From assembly GCA_016210005.1 (NCBI GenBank), contig JACQVA010000008.1, positions 10,625-74,624 of the forward strand: DNA of 64,000 nucleotides, read 5' to 3'. Position 1 is the first letter of the stretch; every line of letters begins with the position of its first letter. The notes beneath the pieces were generated by a model. The model was not told the origin of the DNA and did not search any database. It was given only the letters and a program-made list of their open reading frames with translations. The position numbers and the translations under genes were made by a program. This document shows, one piece after another, positions 1 through 9,727 of the stretch. The stretch is from Deltaproteobacteria bacterium. Lineage in GTDB: Bacteria > Desulfobacterota > Binatia > HRBIN30 > JACQVA1.

Positions 1-3000
1 CGCGTGATCTCGCCGCTCTCCCACGCCGCGCCACCGGCGGCGCCGGCCCGGACGTAGTTCGTCATCCCGCTCTCGGCATACACCGCCGCGAAGACGCTGC
101 CGCGGCGTAGGCCGTAATTGAGCGTACCGCTGCCGCCCATCGAGCCGCCGAAGAGATACTGGCGATCCTGATCGACGCGGAACTCGCGCTGGACAAAGCT
201 CACAATCGCATCCAACCGCTGCTGGGTGTAGTCCACGATCGGCGCACCGGAGAGCGGCAGGTCTTGATGCCCGGCGTTGGCGCCGAAGCCGAACCACCAG
301 GTGTTGGTGCGGTCGTCGGGAAACACCTGAATGATCGGCCAACCGTAGTCCGTGCCGCCGCCGCCCGGCTCGGCCGGCAGCGCGTAGGTGCCGGTGTAGG
401 CGTGCAGTTGCACCAGCAGCGGCCATGGCGCGCCGGCGGGGTCGTAGCCGGCAGGTACGCCGACGTAGAAGTTGTAGGCGTAGCCCTCCACGTTCGGATT
501 CCAGTCGGCGTAGTCCATGAACTGAGTGTAGACCCAGCCGGTGCGGGTGGCGTTGGTCCACACCCGTACCGGCCGCGGCCAGCCGGCGGCCTCCGCCAGC
601 GGCCCGGCGCGGTTGCTGCCAAAATCATCACGGTTCTCGTTGCCATCCACCACGCTGGTGACGGCGTAGTAGCTCATCACCGGCTCCACCTCACGCGCGG
701 TGAACACGAACAAGCCGACGCCGTTCGCCAAGGGCGCGCCGTCGTCCTGAATGATGAAGCGCGACTGGCCGATAGGCGAGCAGTCCGACCGGTTACTGCA
801 GCCGCTCACCTCATGCGTGTAAGCGCCCGAGTTGGAGCCGACTTCGGCAAGCAACGCGGCCGCGTCGAGGTTCGCCGCCGTGATCGGCTCGCGGTGGCGG
901 TAAACGCGGTGGCTGGCGCCGCCGATTTCGTTCCAGGTGATGAAGGTCTGGCCCGAGCGATGAAAGGCGCTGGCAGCGCCGGCCTGGGGCGGGCGATTCG
1001 GATTGGCGCCCTCGTACGTGATTTCGAGATACGGCCGGCTGCCGGCATCGGCGTTCTCGCGCGCGGGTGCCTCGTAGAGCCGGCCGGGGAGCGAAGGCAG
1101 TGCCAGCCCGTGATTGCTGGTGGGATCGTCAACCCATCGCTGCACGGTGCCGGTGACTTCCCACTCAACCCAGTTGCTGCTCCACTGCGCGAGATTGCCG
1201 AGGTAGGCGCGGCCGGCTTCTGCACCGATGGCGGTGCTGAGGTCGCCGCGCGCTGACCAGGGCACGCCCGGCCGCCGCTCATTGAACGAGGCCCCCGCTT
1301 CAGACCACAAGCCGGCGCTGTCCGGATCAATGATCGGGTGGGCCGGCAACCACACTTCGAGCGGCTCACTGTGCGCAAACAGCGCCAGCCGCACACGCGC
1401 GCTGCGCACGCGCGTGCCCGGGGCCAGCACCGTGAGGTCGAAGCGCAACAGCGCCCAAACGCTGGCACCTGTAGGCTCGCCGACCAGCAGCGACGAATCG
1501 CCGCCCCCGCCCGGCCAAGTGGGATTGGCGGCGTCGAGTGAGGTATCAATTGCCGTCCCGCGGTGCAGCGCGGAAGGGTGTGCTCCCCAACGCTCGGTGA
1601 CCACGGAAGCACCGGCGTTTCCAGCGGCGGTGCTGGTGCGCGTCGGCGTGCGCGAGCGGGTGGGGCTCGGCGTTGGCGTTCGCACCGCTGTCGGCGTTGC
1701 ACTCGAACGCCGCGTGGGGGTCCGCGTCGGCGTTAGCGACGGCGTGCGCGTGGGCCGGCGGGTGTTGGTCGCGGTCGCCGTACGAGTGGGTGTGCGCGAA
1801 GGTGAACGGGTCCAGGTCGCACTCGGCCGGCGGGTTCGTGTTGCCGTCGGCGTCGCCGTGCGGGTTAAGGTCGGGCGGCGGCTGGCGGTGGCCGTTGGGG
1901 TCAAGGTGGGCCGGCGGGTCCACGTTCGCGTCGGCGTCACACTCGGCCGTCGCGTCCACGTCGGCGTGGCCGTGGCTGTTGGCCGGCGCGTCACACTCGG
2001 TGTCGGCGTGGCGGTGTAGCGGCGCGTTGCCGTGCGGGTTGGCGTCGGGGTGGGAACGGCAGTGTTGGCCGGGGTCGGGCCTCCGCCGGGGTTCGGTAGT
2101 AGAATCGCGGCCCCGCCGGCGGGCACCGTCACGCTCGAGACCGCTGTGTAGTTCACGGTCCAGCCGATTGGCAGCACGCCATCGGCGGGCACGTTGCCGC
2201 CGCCGGTCGGTTGGGCTTGGTAGTAGCTGCGGCCGAGGGCAACTATGCGGCTGCTACCGCTGGTATTCACCAGCACCAGGCCGTTGCTGTAGCTGCGGGC
2301 GTACACGCCCCAAGTCTCGTTGAACAGGTCGCCGACATCAGCCGGCGCCGGCGCCGTCGGCGCGCCGATCGGGATCTCGTACTCCGGCCACCACTCCGCC
2401 TCAAGTCCGGCGTCGAGGTTGACGTAGGTACGGTCGCCTTTGATCAGCAGGTAACTGCCGAGGGTGAACAGCCGTTCGGCAGTGCTGGTGATTTCGTAAG
2501 ACTGGCCGATGACGGCGCGGCCGTCGTTGATCAAGCCGAGCGCGCGGTTCATTTGCTGCGCCCAATCCGCCGCGCCGAAATAAAGATAGGCGTCGTTGCC
2601 GAACCCTTCGATCATGACGCCGTCGGCGCCGCTGTAGTCGACGGCATCACGACTAGTGACCCAGAAGCCGACGTTGGGGATGAAGTAGTAACGGCCGGCG
2701 AAACGGCCCTGGAGGTAGGTGATGAAGCGCTCCATCCGCGCTTTCCATTCCTCCTCGAAGGCCGGGTCGTAGCCTGGCAGCGGCGGGTCGTAAGTGCCGC
2801 CGCCGAGGTAGTTCGGCACGCTGAAGCTGTCGGCGAACAACCCGTCGTCGTCGTTGTTGGCCATTTGCCGCATCACCGCGGCGCTCCACCATGTGCGCCA
2901 CGACGGGTCGTCGAGCTGCATTAGATACCAGCCCCAACCGCATTGGTAGACGCGGCGGCCGCCGTAGCGATAGAACCACGAGTCCTGTGCCGGCGCATCG

Positions 3001-4592
3001 CCGGGCCACTCCTGGGTCCAGTCGCCGTCTATGACATACAGGTAGTCGCCGTCTGGGGTGCAGTCGCCGCTGGTGGTGCGATAGCCGAGACCGTGGCCCA
3101 GGCGATAGTGCAAGATGACGAAGTCGGGGTTGAGCGCGCGCAGATCGTCGGCGTCGGCGCGCGTCATCTTCTGCGTGCCGGCGTAATGGCCGGCGGCGAA
3201 GGCGCGCTGCTGCGGGCTAAGCCAAGCCAGTTGATCGTTGAAGACGTGAATGCCGTTGGTGGTGTCGGGCAGCGGCCGCGGTCGCCCGGCGCGCAGGTCG
3301 ATCAGGAAGGGGTCGCCTTGGCCCAGGCCGCCGGCGCCGCAGTCGCCGCCGCGCCCCCAGTCGGAGGCAAAGACCAGGTAGCGACCGTCGCGCGAGATCG
3401 TGGCGCGCGGCTGCACCCAGTAGCCGCAGCTGCTCGAACGGTGATGCGCCAGACGTTCGACCCGGCCGTCGGTGTACTGCAAGAACAGCTCGGCCTCGAA
3501 CGGACTCCAGCCGTTGGTGGAATCGCTACCGGCGGTGACCAGGCACACCCCGGCACGCCCCCGGCAGGAGATGTGCTCGCCATTGCCCCAGTCGAGCACT
3601 TGCACGTAAGTGGGCGCACTCGCGGTTGCGTTTCCCGGCAACGTGCGCCACCCGAGCGCGAGGTTGCCGCTGGGGTGGTACAGCTCGAAGGTCATGAAGA
3701 ACTCGGTATCGCCGTCGGGTTGAACGCCGAGGTCGCCGTGCTGGTGGCCGTCGTAGACGCGGCCGGCGAACGCGCCGGTTTGGAGGTTGAAGGTTTCCAA
3801 GCCGCTGCAGCGCGCGGTACCGTCGCGCGGCCACTGCACCACCAGATAACGGCCGAGCGGCGAAGCGGCGATCCAGTCGGGCTCGATCACGCCCCATTCC
3901 GGATCGGGTGCGCACGGTCCGGCATAGAGATCGGGTATGGCCAGCACAGTGCCCAGAGTGCGGTTCAACACATCGAGTGCGAAGATCACCGCGGCACCGT
4001 CATTGCGGGACAGCATGCCGGTGAGCCAACGCCCGTCGCGCGACAGTTCATCGAAGGATTGGTTTACCCGGACGCGCTGGTACGCCGGCGGGAACGTGAA
4101 CACGGTGGTCGTGGTCAGCGCGTCGAGGTCGGTGAACTGCAAGCGCACTACGGTATCGTCGTTGCTGTCGAAGTGGATTACGGTGTGCGGTCGGGTCGGA
4201 TGCCAACGCGGAGCGTTCCAACTCGAGGTGTCCAGGCCTACGAGCAGAGTCAGATCAGCGGTGCGGCGGATGATATAGCCGTTGCTGCCAGCCAGAAGCA
4301 GGTAAGCATTGTCGGCTGAGAAGGCCTGTAGTTGCGAGTAGATCTGGGTCTCGAAGCCGCCGCTATCGCTCGTGTTCGACACCCGGCGCAGCGTGGTGCC
4401 GAAGACCGGATCGACGACGCTCGCGCCCGCAAGTGGGAGCCCCAGAGCAGCTGGCGTTACCACTCGCGTGGGATCAGTGATGCCGATGGCGCCGGCGGCG
4501 GTGGCACTTGCCAACATCACCGCCGCGGCCATCAGCGCGGCAAAATCCGTGACTGTGACAAAACGCGCGCATCGATACCGGCGGAAAACCAT
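1..4592 (-). CDS. Large secreted multidomain carbohydrate-active protein, 1530 aa or more within the window; the 3' end and stop codon lie off the left edge. It has a signal peptide, a beta-propeller-like region, a glycoside-hydrolase-like region, a Pro/Thr-rich linker, a DNRLRE-like region and a C-terminal alpha/beta-hydrolase esterase.
   Basis: Hand-translated minus frame (ATG at 4592..4590, RBS GAGGAGG about 8 nt upstream) is open with very high GC3 through the plus-strand shadow ORFs 2943..4319, 2211..2924 and 264..1256, all in the same register. N-terminus MVFRRYRCARFVTVTDFAALMAAAVMLASATAAGA reads as a signal peptide. PT repeats map to about 1620-2050. The esterase motif YLFGGSMGGSG maps near 150-190. 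The gene is missing from the ORF track because no stop codon occurs inside the window. Confidence 0.7.
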   Translation of the reverse strand, partial: MVFRRYRCARFVTVTDFAALMAAAVMLASATAAGAIGITDPTRVVTPAALGLPLAGASVVDPVFGTTLRRVSNTSDSGGFETQIYSQLQAFSADNAYLLLAGSNGYIIRRTADLTLLVGLDTSSWNAPRWHPTRPHTVIHFDSNDDTVVRLQFTDLDALTTTTVFTFPPAYQRVRVNQSFDELSRDGRWLTGMLSRNDGAAVIFALDVLNRTLGTVLAIPDLYAGPCAPDPEWGVIEPDWIAASPLGRYLVVQWPRDGTARCSGLETFNLQTGAFAGRVYDGHQHGDLGVQPDGDTEFFMTFELYHPSGNLALGWRTLPGNATASAPTYVQVLDWGNGEHISCRGRAGVCLVTAGSDSTNGWSPFEAELFLQYTDGRVERLAHHRSSSCGYWVQPRATISRDGRYLVFASDWGRGGDCGAGGLGQGDPFLIDLRAGRPRPLPDTTNGIHVFNDQLAWLSPQQRAFAAGHYAGTQKMTRADADDLRALNPDFVILHYRLGHGLGYRTTSGDCTPDGDYLYVIDGDWTQEWPGDAPAQDSWFYRYGGRRVYQCGWGWYLMQLDDPSWRTWWSAAVMRQMANNDDDGLFADSFSVPNYLGGGTYDPPLPGYDPAFEEEWKARMERFITYLQGRFAGRYYFIPNVGFWVTSRDAVDYSGADGVMIEGFGNDAYLYFGAADWAQQMNRALGLINDGRAVIGQSYEITSTAERLFTLGSYLLIKGDRTYVNLDAGLEAEWWPEYEIPIGAPTAPAPADVGDLFNETWGVYARSYSNGLVLVNTSGSSRIVALGRSYYQAQPTGGGNVPADGVLPIGWTVNYTAVSSVTVPAGGAAILLPNPGGGPTPANTAVPTPTPTRTATRRYTATPTPSVTRRPTATATPTWTRRPSVTPTRTWTRRPTLTPTATASRRPTLTRTATPTATRTRRPSATWTRSPSRTPTRTATATNTRRPTRTPSLTPTRTPTRRSSATPTAVRTPTPSPTRSRTPTRTSTAAGNAGASVVTERWGAHPSALHRGTAIDTSLDAANPTWPGGGGDSSLLVGEPTGASVWALLRFDLTVLAPGTRVRSARVRLALFAHSEPLEVWLPAHPIIDPDSAGLWSEAGASFNERRPGVPWSARGDLSTAIGAEAGRAYLGNLAQWSSNWVEWEVTGTVQRWVDDPTSNHGLALPSLPGRLYEAPARENADAGSRPYLEITYEGANPNRPPQAGAASAFHRSGQTFITWNEIGGASHRVYRHREPITAANLDAAALLAEVGSNSGAYTHEVSGCSNRSDCSPIGQSRFIIQDDGAPLANGVGLFVFTAREVEPVMSYYAVTSVVDGNENRDDFGSNRAGPLAEAAGWPRPVRVWTNATRTGWVYTQFMDYADWNPNVEGYAYNFYVGVPAGYDPAGAPWPLLVQLHAYTGTYALPAEPGGGGTDYGWPIIQVFPDDRTNTWWFGFGANAGHQDLPLSGAPIVDYTQQRLDAIVSFVQREFRVDQDRQYLFGGSMGGSGTLNYGLRRGSVFAAVYAESGMTNYVRAGAAGGAAWESGEIT

Positions 4593-4890
4593 ACGGCCGT
4601 GCCTCCTCGACAACTCGCCGGTGAGACGTGCAACGCCGGTGCCAGGCCGAAACAAGTCGGCCGCGGCGCAAGGTGCGGGAGCGACCACGGACAGCGCTGC
4701 ACCTTGCAGTGACGGCAGCGCCGGCGCACGTGGCAGGCACATGATGTGGCGAGCGCTCGCCAAACGCGGCATTCGCCAACACTGAGAGCCTGTGAGGAAA
4801 TCATCGATGTGCCCGCGGTCGCGACGAAGTGCGGCGGGAGCACCGCTCCCGCCTTCAAGATCGGAAGGCGGAGCGAATGGCATCACTGTT

Positions 4891-4927
4891 GAGGGGTGGA
4901 GCATTGCTCCACCCCTCAGAGTTTTTC
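4891..4927 (+). terminator. Rho-independent-type terminator on the plus strand: a 13-bp GC-rich stem followed by a U-tract.
   Basis: gaggggtggagca-t-tgctccacccctc followed by agaGTTTTTc. It sits in the 4593-4949 intergenic region where both flanking genes are on the minus strand. Confidence 0.5.
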
Positions 4928-4949
4928 GCAGCCTCTGAGGCCCTGGACG

Positions 4950-5831
4950 TCAGCTCGCTGCACGCGGCCGGCGCGCGGTCACGATCCACGCAGCCGAGCC
5001 CATACGCACACCCGCCGGAGTAACGAACGGAGCGATCGCCTCGCGTATCGCAGCGGCCACTCGCGGTCGCAAGGCGGGATCGTTGGCATCGCGCAACGCT
5101 TTAGCAGCCGGGCCCATTTGCAGCAGGAACTCCACGGTCTCGTCCAGACCCTGGCCGCCACCGCCGAGCGCAAGCGGTTCGCAGACCGCTTCGAAGGCGA
5201 CGTTGACGAATCCCGCCAGCGTCAGAATGCCCTCGACCCGGGCAGCATCGGCAAACGCGAACGGTCCAGGCGCGCCGGGCGCGGGCAGCGGCAGGGGTGG
5301 CAGGTGTGCTGCGGCCGCTGCCAGGGGCACCACCATCCACGGGTTGTCCTTTAGCGCCTGCCAACAGACGAACGCCAACCGGCCGCCCGGGCGCAGCGCA
5401 GCGCACAGGTTAGCAAACGCCTGTTCGGGATGGGCGAAGAACATCACGCCAAAGCGCGAGTAGAGCACATCGAAGGAATCCGGAGGGAACACTTGCGTCT
5501 GCGCATCTGCGTTCTCGAAGTGCACGTTGTCCGCGGCCTCTCGCGCGGCCCGCTGGCGAGCGCAGTCGAGCATCGGCTGCGACAGGTCGATGCCGGTGAC
5601 GTGACCGGTCGCGCCCACCCGCCGCGCCAATTGCACCGTCGTATGGCCACAGCCGCAGCCGATATCCAGCACCCGTTCCCCGGCGCCGATCGCCGCCCGG
5701 TCCATCGCCATCGCGCCCAGCGGCCCGATCTGCGCGTCGATGAGCGGTTGCACCGCCACCCACTTTTCGCCGGCAATGTCGTTCCAGTACTGAATCTGCT
5801 CTGCGTTCGGCCCACTCACGGCAAGTCCCAT
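4950..5831 (-). CDS. Class I SAM-dependent methyltransferase.
   Basis: ORF of 293 aa with the LDIGCGCG motif (Rossmann motif I) and an AAGGAG RBS 5 nt upstream of the ATG. Confidence 0.85.
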   Translation of the reverse strand: MGLAVSGPNAEQIQYWNDIAGEKWVAVQPLIDAQIGPLGAMAMDRAAIGAGERVLDIGCGCGHTTVQLARRVGATGHVTGIDLSQPMLDCARQRAAREAADNVHFENADAQTQVFPPDSFDVLYSRFGVMFFAHPEQAFANLCAALRPGGRLAFVCWQALKDNPWMVVPLAAAAAHLPPLPLPAPGAPGPFAFADAARVEGILTLAGFVNVAFEAVCEPLALGGGGQGLDETVEFLLQMGPAAKALRDANDPALRPRVAAAIREAIAPFVTPAGVRMGSAAWIVTARRPRAAS

Positions 5832-6004
5832 TCTCGGCTCCTTTCAGCAGCGCTGGGGATAGCAGGTTTGCGGCGGCAGCGGGATAGGGGCGGCGGCACC
5901 CGGGTGCCGGATATCGGCGCCGTTGAATTCGTGCCCGCGCCTGTGGCAACTGAATGGGGCCGGCGCCCGCAAGACCGGCGGCAAGGCCAGGGAGGACGAC
6001 AGCT

Positions 6005-6481
6005 ATGGAAGAAATCCGCTTCGACGACTTGGAACGGCTCCGCGCACACGTGAGCGAGGAATTCGGCGCATGGGGGCCGGAGATCGAGATCACCCAAGCC
6101 ATGATCAACCAGTTCGCCGAGCTCACCGGCGACCATCAGTGGATTCACGTCGATGTCGAACGCTGCAAGCGCGAGAGCCCGTTCAAGCAGCCGATTGCAC
6201 ACGGCTTCTTGACGCTCAGCTTGCTGCCCGCGTTGCGCGCGGCCGCTGACTTCCGCATCGCTGGCTACGGCAACGTGACCAACTATGGCGCCGAGAAGCT
6301 GCGCTTCGTCAGTCCGGTGCCGGCCGGCAGCAAGGTGCGCGCGCGCTCACGCTTGGCGGCGGTGGAGGCGAAGCCGAAAGGGACGCAGCTGACGCAGGAA
6401 ATCGCCGTGCACGTCGCCGGCAACGACCGGCCGGCGTTGCTGTACACGATGCTGCTGCTCTATCACCCGCCGGCAAAGTGA
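6005..6481 (+). CDS. MaoC-like (R)-specific enoyl-CoA hydratase / dehydratase, hot-dog fold.
   Basis: Motif FAELTGDHQWIHVD..IAHGFLTLSL. The likely start is the internal Met (MEEIRFDD) with a GGGAGGA RBS. The ORF-track N-terminal extension is Arg/Pro-rich and looks spurious. Confidence 0.75.
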   Translation: MEEIRFDDLERLRAHVSEEFGAWGPEIEITQAMINQFAELTGDHQWIHVDVERCKRESPFKQPIAHGFLTLSLLPALRAAADFRIAGYGNVTNYGAEKLRFVSPVPAGSKVRARSRLAAVEAKPKGTQLTQEIAVHVAGNDRPALLYTMLLLYHPPAK

Positions 6482-6505
6482 GCCGTGCCGAGTGCCGCCG
6501 GCTGG

Positions 6506-7615
6506 TCACAACAAGTGCATCACCGGCACCCGTGCGAGGCCGAAGGTATCGGCGACGCCAGGGTGGGTGACGTGGCCGCCGAGCGTGTTGACCCCGCGCT
6601 GGAGCGCGGGGTCGGATTCGAGCGCGCGGCGCAGTCCCTTGTTGGCCAAATCGAGGGCGTACGACAAGGTGGCGTTGGTCAGAGCGTAGGTCGAGGTGTG
6701 CGGCACGACGCCGGGCATGTTGGTCACGCAGTAGTGGACGATTCGCTCCTCGACGTAGATGGGGTCGTGGTGTGAGGTCGGGCGGGAGGTTTCGGCGCAA
6801 CCCCCTTGGTCGATGGCGATGTCGACCAGCGCGGCACCGGGCTTCATCGCCCGCAGCAGCTTGCGCCGGATGAGTTTGGGGGCCTTGGCGCCGGGGATCA
6901 GCACCGCCCCGATAACGAGGTCCGCATTCAGCACTTCCTCTTCGATGTTGGCGGTGTTTGACATCACCGTGGTGACGTGGCCGCCGAGGATGTCGTGGAG
7001 GTAGCGCAGCTTGGCCGGGTTCTTGTCGATGATGCTGACGTGGGCGCCGACGCCGACGGCGACCTGGCAGGCATTGGCGCCGGCGACACCGGCGCCGATG
7101 ACCACTACTTTCGCCGGGCGCACACCCGAGGCGCCGCCGAGTAACACCCCGCAGCCGCCGTTGGGCGCCTGCAAGCACCAGGCGCCGACCTGGATCGAAA
7201 GCCGTCCGGCGATCTCGCTCATCGGCGCCAGTAAGGGCAGGGTGCCGTCATCGAGCTCGATGGTCTCGTAGCCGATGGCGGTGACCTTGCGCCGCTGCAG
7301 TTCCCGGGTCAGCGCCTGAGCGGCGGCAAGATGCAGGTAGGTGAACAGGATCAAGCCCTCGCGCAGGTAGCGGTACTCCGGCGGCAACGGCTCCTTGACC
7401 TTGAGAATCATGTCTGCCCGCCGCCAGACCTCGCGCTGCGCCGTGATCTGCGCCCCTGCCGCACGGTAGCCTTGGTCGGGGATGCCGCTTCCCAGACCCG
7501 CGCCCCGCTCCACCAGCACGCGGTGCCCATGCGCCACCAGGGCGCTCACCCCGCTGGGCGTGATCGCCACCCGATTCTCTTCCGGCTTGATCTCCTTTGG
7601 AACGCCGATGATCAT
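6506..7615 (-). CDS. ald: Alanine dehydrogenase.
   Basis: Canonical N-terminus MIIGVPKEIKPEENRV and the NAD-binding motif VVVIGAGVAG. The track ORF carries a spurious 44-aa Arg-rich N-terminal extension. Confidence 0.9.
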   Translation of the reverse strand: MIIGVPKEIKPEENRVAITPSGVSALVAHGHRVLVERGAGLGSGIPDQGYRAAGAQITAQREVWRRADMILKVKEPLPPEYRYLREGLILFTYLHLAAAQALTRELQRRKVTAIGYETIELDDGTLPLLAPMSEIAGRLSIQVGAWCLQAPNGGCGVLLGGASGVRPAKVVVIGAGVAGANACQVAVGVGAHVSIIDKNPAKLRYLHDILGGHVTTVMSNTANIEEEVLNADLVIGAVLIPGAKAPKLIRRKLLRAMKPGAALVDIAIDQGGCAETSRPTSHHDPIYVEERIVHYCVTNMPGVVPHTSTYALTNATLSYALDLANKGLRRALESDPALQRGVNTLGGHVTHPGVADTFGLARVPVMHLL

Positions 7616-7827
7616 GGGCGAGCAAACTAAATCGGCGCGCGCGAAACGTAAAGGGGGCAGGCGATGCATATTGTCGCCCGGGTAGTGAAACGCGCGCTGA
7701 GCCCGCCGCGGCGTGCTGTGCCGCACACTGTCAGCGACCGACCGCACTCGCCCGTGAACTCCTTTTCGTCTATGGTCAACCGCTCAGTACGGGCGCGGCG
7801 CGGACGGGCGGACATGGAGGAGAGACA

Positions 7828-9285
7828 GTGGGCAGTGAGCGAGTGAACCCAACCGAAGTGCGCGAAGTCGGCAGCGTGAAGAGTTGGGATATCGAGGCCG
7901 ATGTCGTCGTCGTCGGTTTGGGCTGTGCCGGTGCCTGTGCCGCGATCGAGGCTGCGGAGGCCGGCGCCGAGGTGCTGGTGCTCGAGCGCGCCGGTGGCGG
8001 CGGCGGCACGTCGGCGAACTCCGGCGGACTGATATACATGGGCGGCGGCACGCCGGTGCAGCGCGCCTGTGGCTTCGACGACACCCCCGAAGAGATGTTC
8101 CAGTTCCTGCTGGCGGCCCTGGGGCCTGAGCCTGACGAGGCCAAGCTGCGGCTCTTCTGCGGCGAGAGCGTGGCGCACTTCAACTGGTTCGAAAGCCACG
8201 GCGTACCGTTCAAGTACACCTTCTACCCCGAGCCCGGTACTGAAGCGCCGAGCGACGACTGCCTGGTCTACTCGGGCGGTGAGGACACCTTCCCGTTCAA
8301 CCGCATCGCCCGGCCGGCGCCGCGGGCGCACAAGCCGCGACATCCGGCGGCGGCGGGCGGCTTCTTGATGCAGAAGCTGGTCGCCGCCGCCGAGCGCAGC
8401 GGCGCTCGCATCGTGTGCGATGCCCGCGCCGAGACCCTCGTCATTGACCGCGACGGCGCAGTGGCGGGCCTGGTGCTCTGGCGCGACCTGCGCGAGCAGT
8501 ACGTGCGCGCCCGCCGCGGTGTCATTCTGACTGCCGGTGGCTTCATCAACAACCGCGACATGGTGGCGCGCCACAGCCCGCGTATCTGGCAGTGCAGTTT
8601 CAAGCTCGGCGTCGAAGGTGACGACGGCCGCGCCATCCGCATGGCCATGGGCGCCGGTGCCGACATCATCCACATGGACGCCGCGGAAGTGGCCATCCCG
8701 CTGACGCCGCCGCGCCGGCTGATGCGCGGCATCGTCGTCAACCGCTTCGGCCAGCGCTTCATCAACGAAGATACCTATTACGGCCGCGTGGGCCAGGAGG
8801 CGCTCTTCAAGCACGATGGCCATATCTACCTGATCGCCGACACCGCCATCTACGAACGCAACATGATCGGGTTCGAGCCCACGTACGTCGAGGACACGAT
8901 CGCGGAACTGGAGCAGAGCATGGGCTTGCCGGCGGCGTCACTGCAAACCACCGTCGAGTATTACAACCGCTTCGCCGCCCGCGGCGAGGACCCGCTGTTC
9001 CACAAGCTGCCCGAATTCATCCAGCCGCTAACCACGCCGCCGTACGCCGCCATCGATTGCCGCCCCGAGCGGGTGCTGTGGGCCACCTTCACCCTCGGCG
9101 GCTTGCACACGTTGCCGACCGGCGAAGTGCTGGACCCGGACGGCCGCCTCATTCCCGGTCTCTACGCCGCCGGGCGGACCACCTCGGGCATCGCGGCCTG
9201 GGGCTACTGTAGCGGCATTTCACTCGGCGACGGCACCTTCTTCGGCCGCCAAGCCGGCTGCCGAGCAGCAGCGGCGCTGCGCTAG
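7828..9285 (+). CDS. FAD-dependent oxidoreductase of the fumarate-reductase / 3-ketosteroid-dehydrogenase flavoprotein type.
   Basis: GTG start with a GGAGGAGAG RBS. FAD dinucleotide motif VVVVGLGCAGACAAIEAAEAGAEVLVLER. Overall 485 aa with typical composition. Confidence 0.8.
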   Translation: MGSERVNPTEVREVGSVKSWDIEADVVVVGLGCAGACAAIEAAEAGAEVLVLERAGGGGGTSANSGGLIYMGGGTPVQRACGFDDTPEEMFQFLLAALGPEPDEAKLRLFCGESVAHFNWFESHGVPFKYTFYPEPGTEAPSDDCLVYSGGEDTFPFNRIARPAPRAHKPRHPAAAGGFLMQKLVAAAERSGARIVCDARAETLVIDRDGAVAGLVLWRDLREQYVRARRGVILTAGGFINNRDMVARHSPRIWQCSFKLGVEGDDGRAIRMAMGAGADIIHMDAAEVAIPLTPPRRLMRGIVVNRFGQRFINEDTYYGRVGQEALFKHDGHIYLIADTAIYERNMIGFEPTYVEDTIAELEQSMGLPAASLQTTVEYYNRFAARGEDPLFHKLPEFIQPLTTPPYAAIDCRPERVLWATFTLGGLHTLPTGEVLDPDGRLIPGLYAAGRTTSGIAAWGYCSGISLGDGTFFGRQAGCRAAAALR

Positions 9286-9302
9286 CAGCCGGCGGGCTGG
9301 CT

Positions 9303-9701
9303 TCAGCCGCCGAGCAGCACCGCCTGGGCGTGCATGGTGTCCATGTATTCCTTGAGCTGGACGATCTTGCCGTCGCGCACGATCACTAGGAAGTGATACT
9401 GATTGTGATATCTCTTGCCGCTGGCGTGGCGCCCGTCTGATTCGGCCTCGACCGCGACCCGCTCGCCTTCGGCGGTCATGGCGGTGATGGTGAACTGTAA
9501 GCCGTCGGGAAACAGACCGAGGATCTGATCCATGCCCTGTAACGCTTGGGTCTTGTTGAAGGTACCCGAGAACGGCAGAGTCCCGGCCGTCCACAGGGTG
9601 AAGTCGTCTGCGTACATCTCGGCAACGGCGGCAGCGTCGGCGCGGCTGAGCGCGGCGAAGAGTGCGCGCGTGATCTGCTTGTTCTGTTCGCTCTCGCTCA
9701 T
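9303..9701 (-). CDS. SnoaL-like / NTF2-fold protein.
   Basis: The real product starts MSESEQNKQITRALFAALSRAD... (about 132 aa). Upstream of this, the track ORF is Arg/Gly-rich and looks spurious. Confidence 0.6.
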   Translation of the reverse strand: MSESEQNKQITRALFAALSRADAAAVAEMYADDFTLWTAGTLPFSGTFNKTQALQGMDQILGLFPDGLQFTITAMTAEGERVAVEAESDGRHASGKRYHNQYHFLVIVRDGKIVQLKEYMDTMHAQAVLLGG

Positions 9702-9727
9702 GGCGTAGTCCTCCCGCAGTCTCATAG

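Noticed and set aside
1620-2050. Tandem degenerate DNA repeats (ggcgt[gt]cgc...) that could be mistaken for a CRISPR or VNTR array.
   Set aside because: They encode the Pro/Thr-rich interdomain linker of the giant minus-strand protein. There are no regular spacers.
264-4319. Long plus-strand ORFs 264..1256, 2211..2924 and 2943..4319 (plus 1228..2019 and 1673..2323).
   Set aside because: They are Ala/Val/Gly/Arg-rich with G-rich first codon positions. All three sit in the same triplet register as the hand-translated minus-strand gene, so they are antisense shadows of the giant minus-strand CDS.
6309-7178. Minus-strand ORF 6309..7178 and plus-strand ORFs 6485..7271 inside the ald region.
   Set aside because: Arg/Pro-rich garbage frames overlapping the well-supported alanine dehydrogenase CDS.
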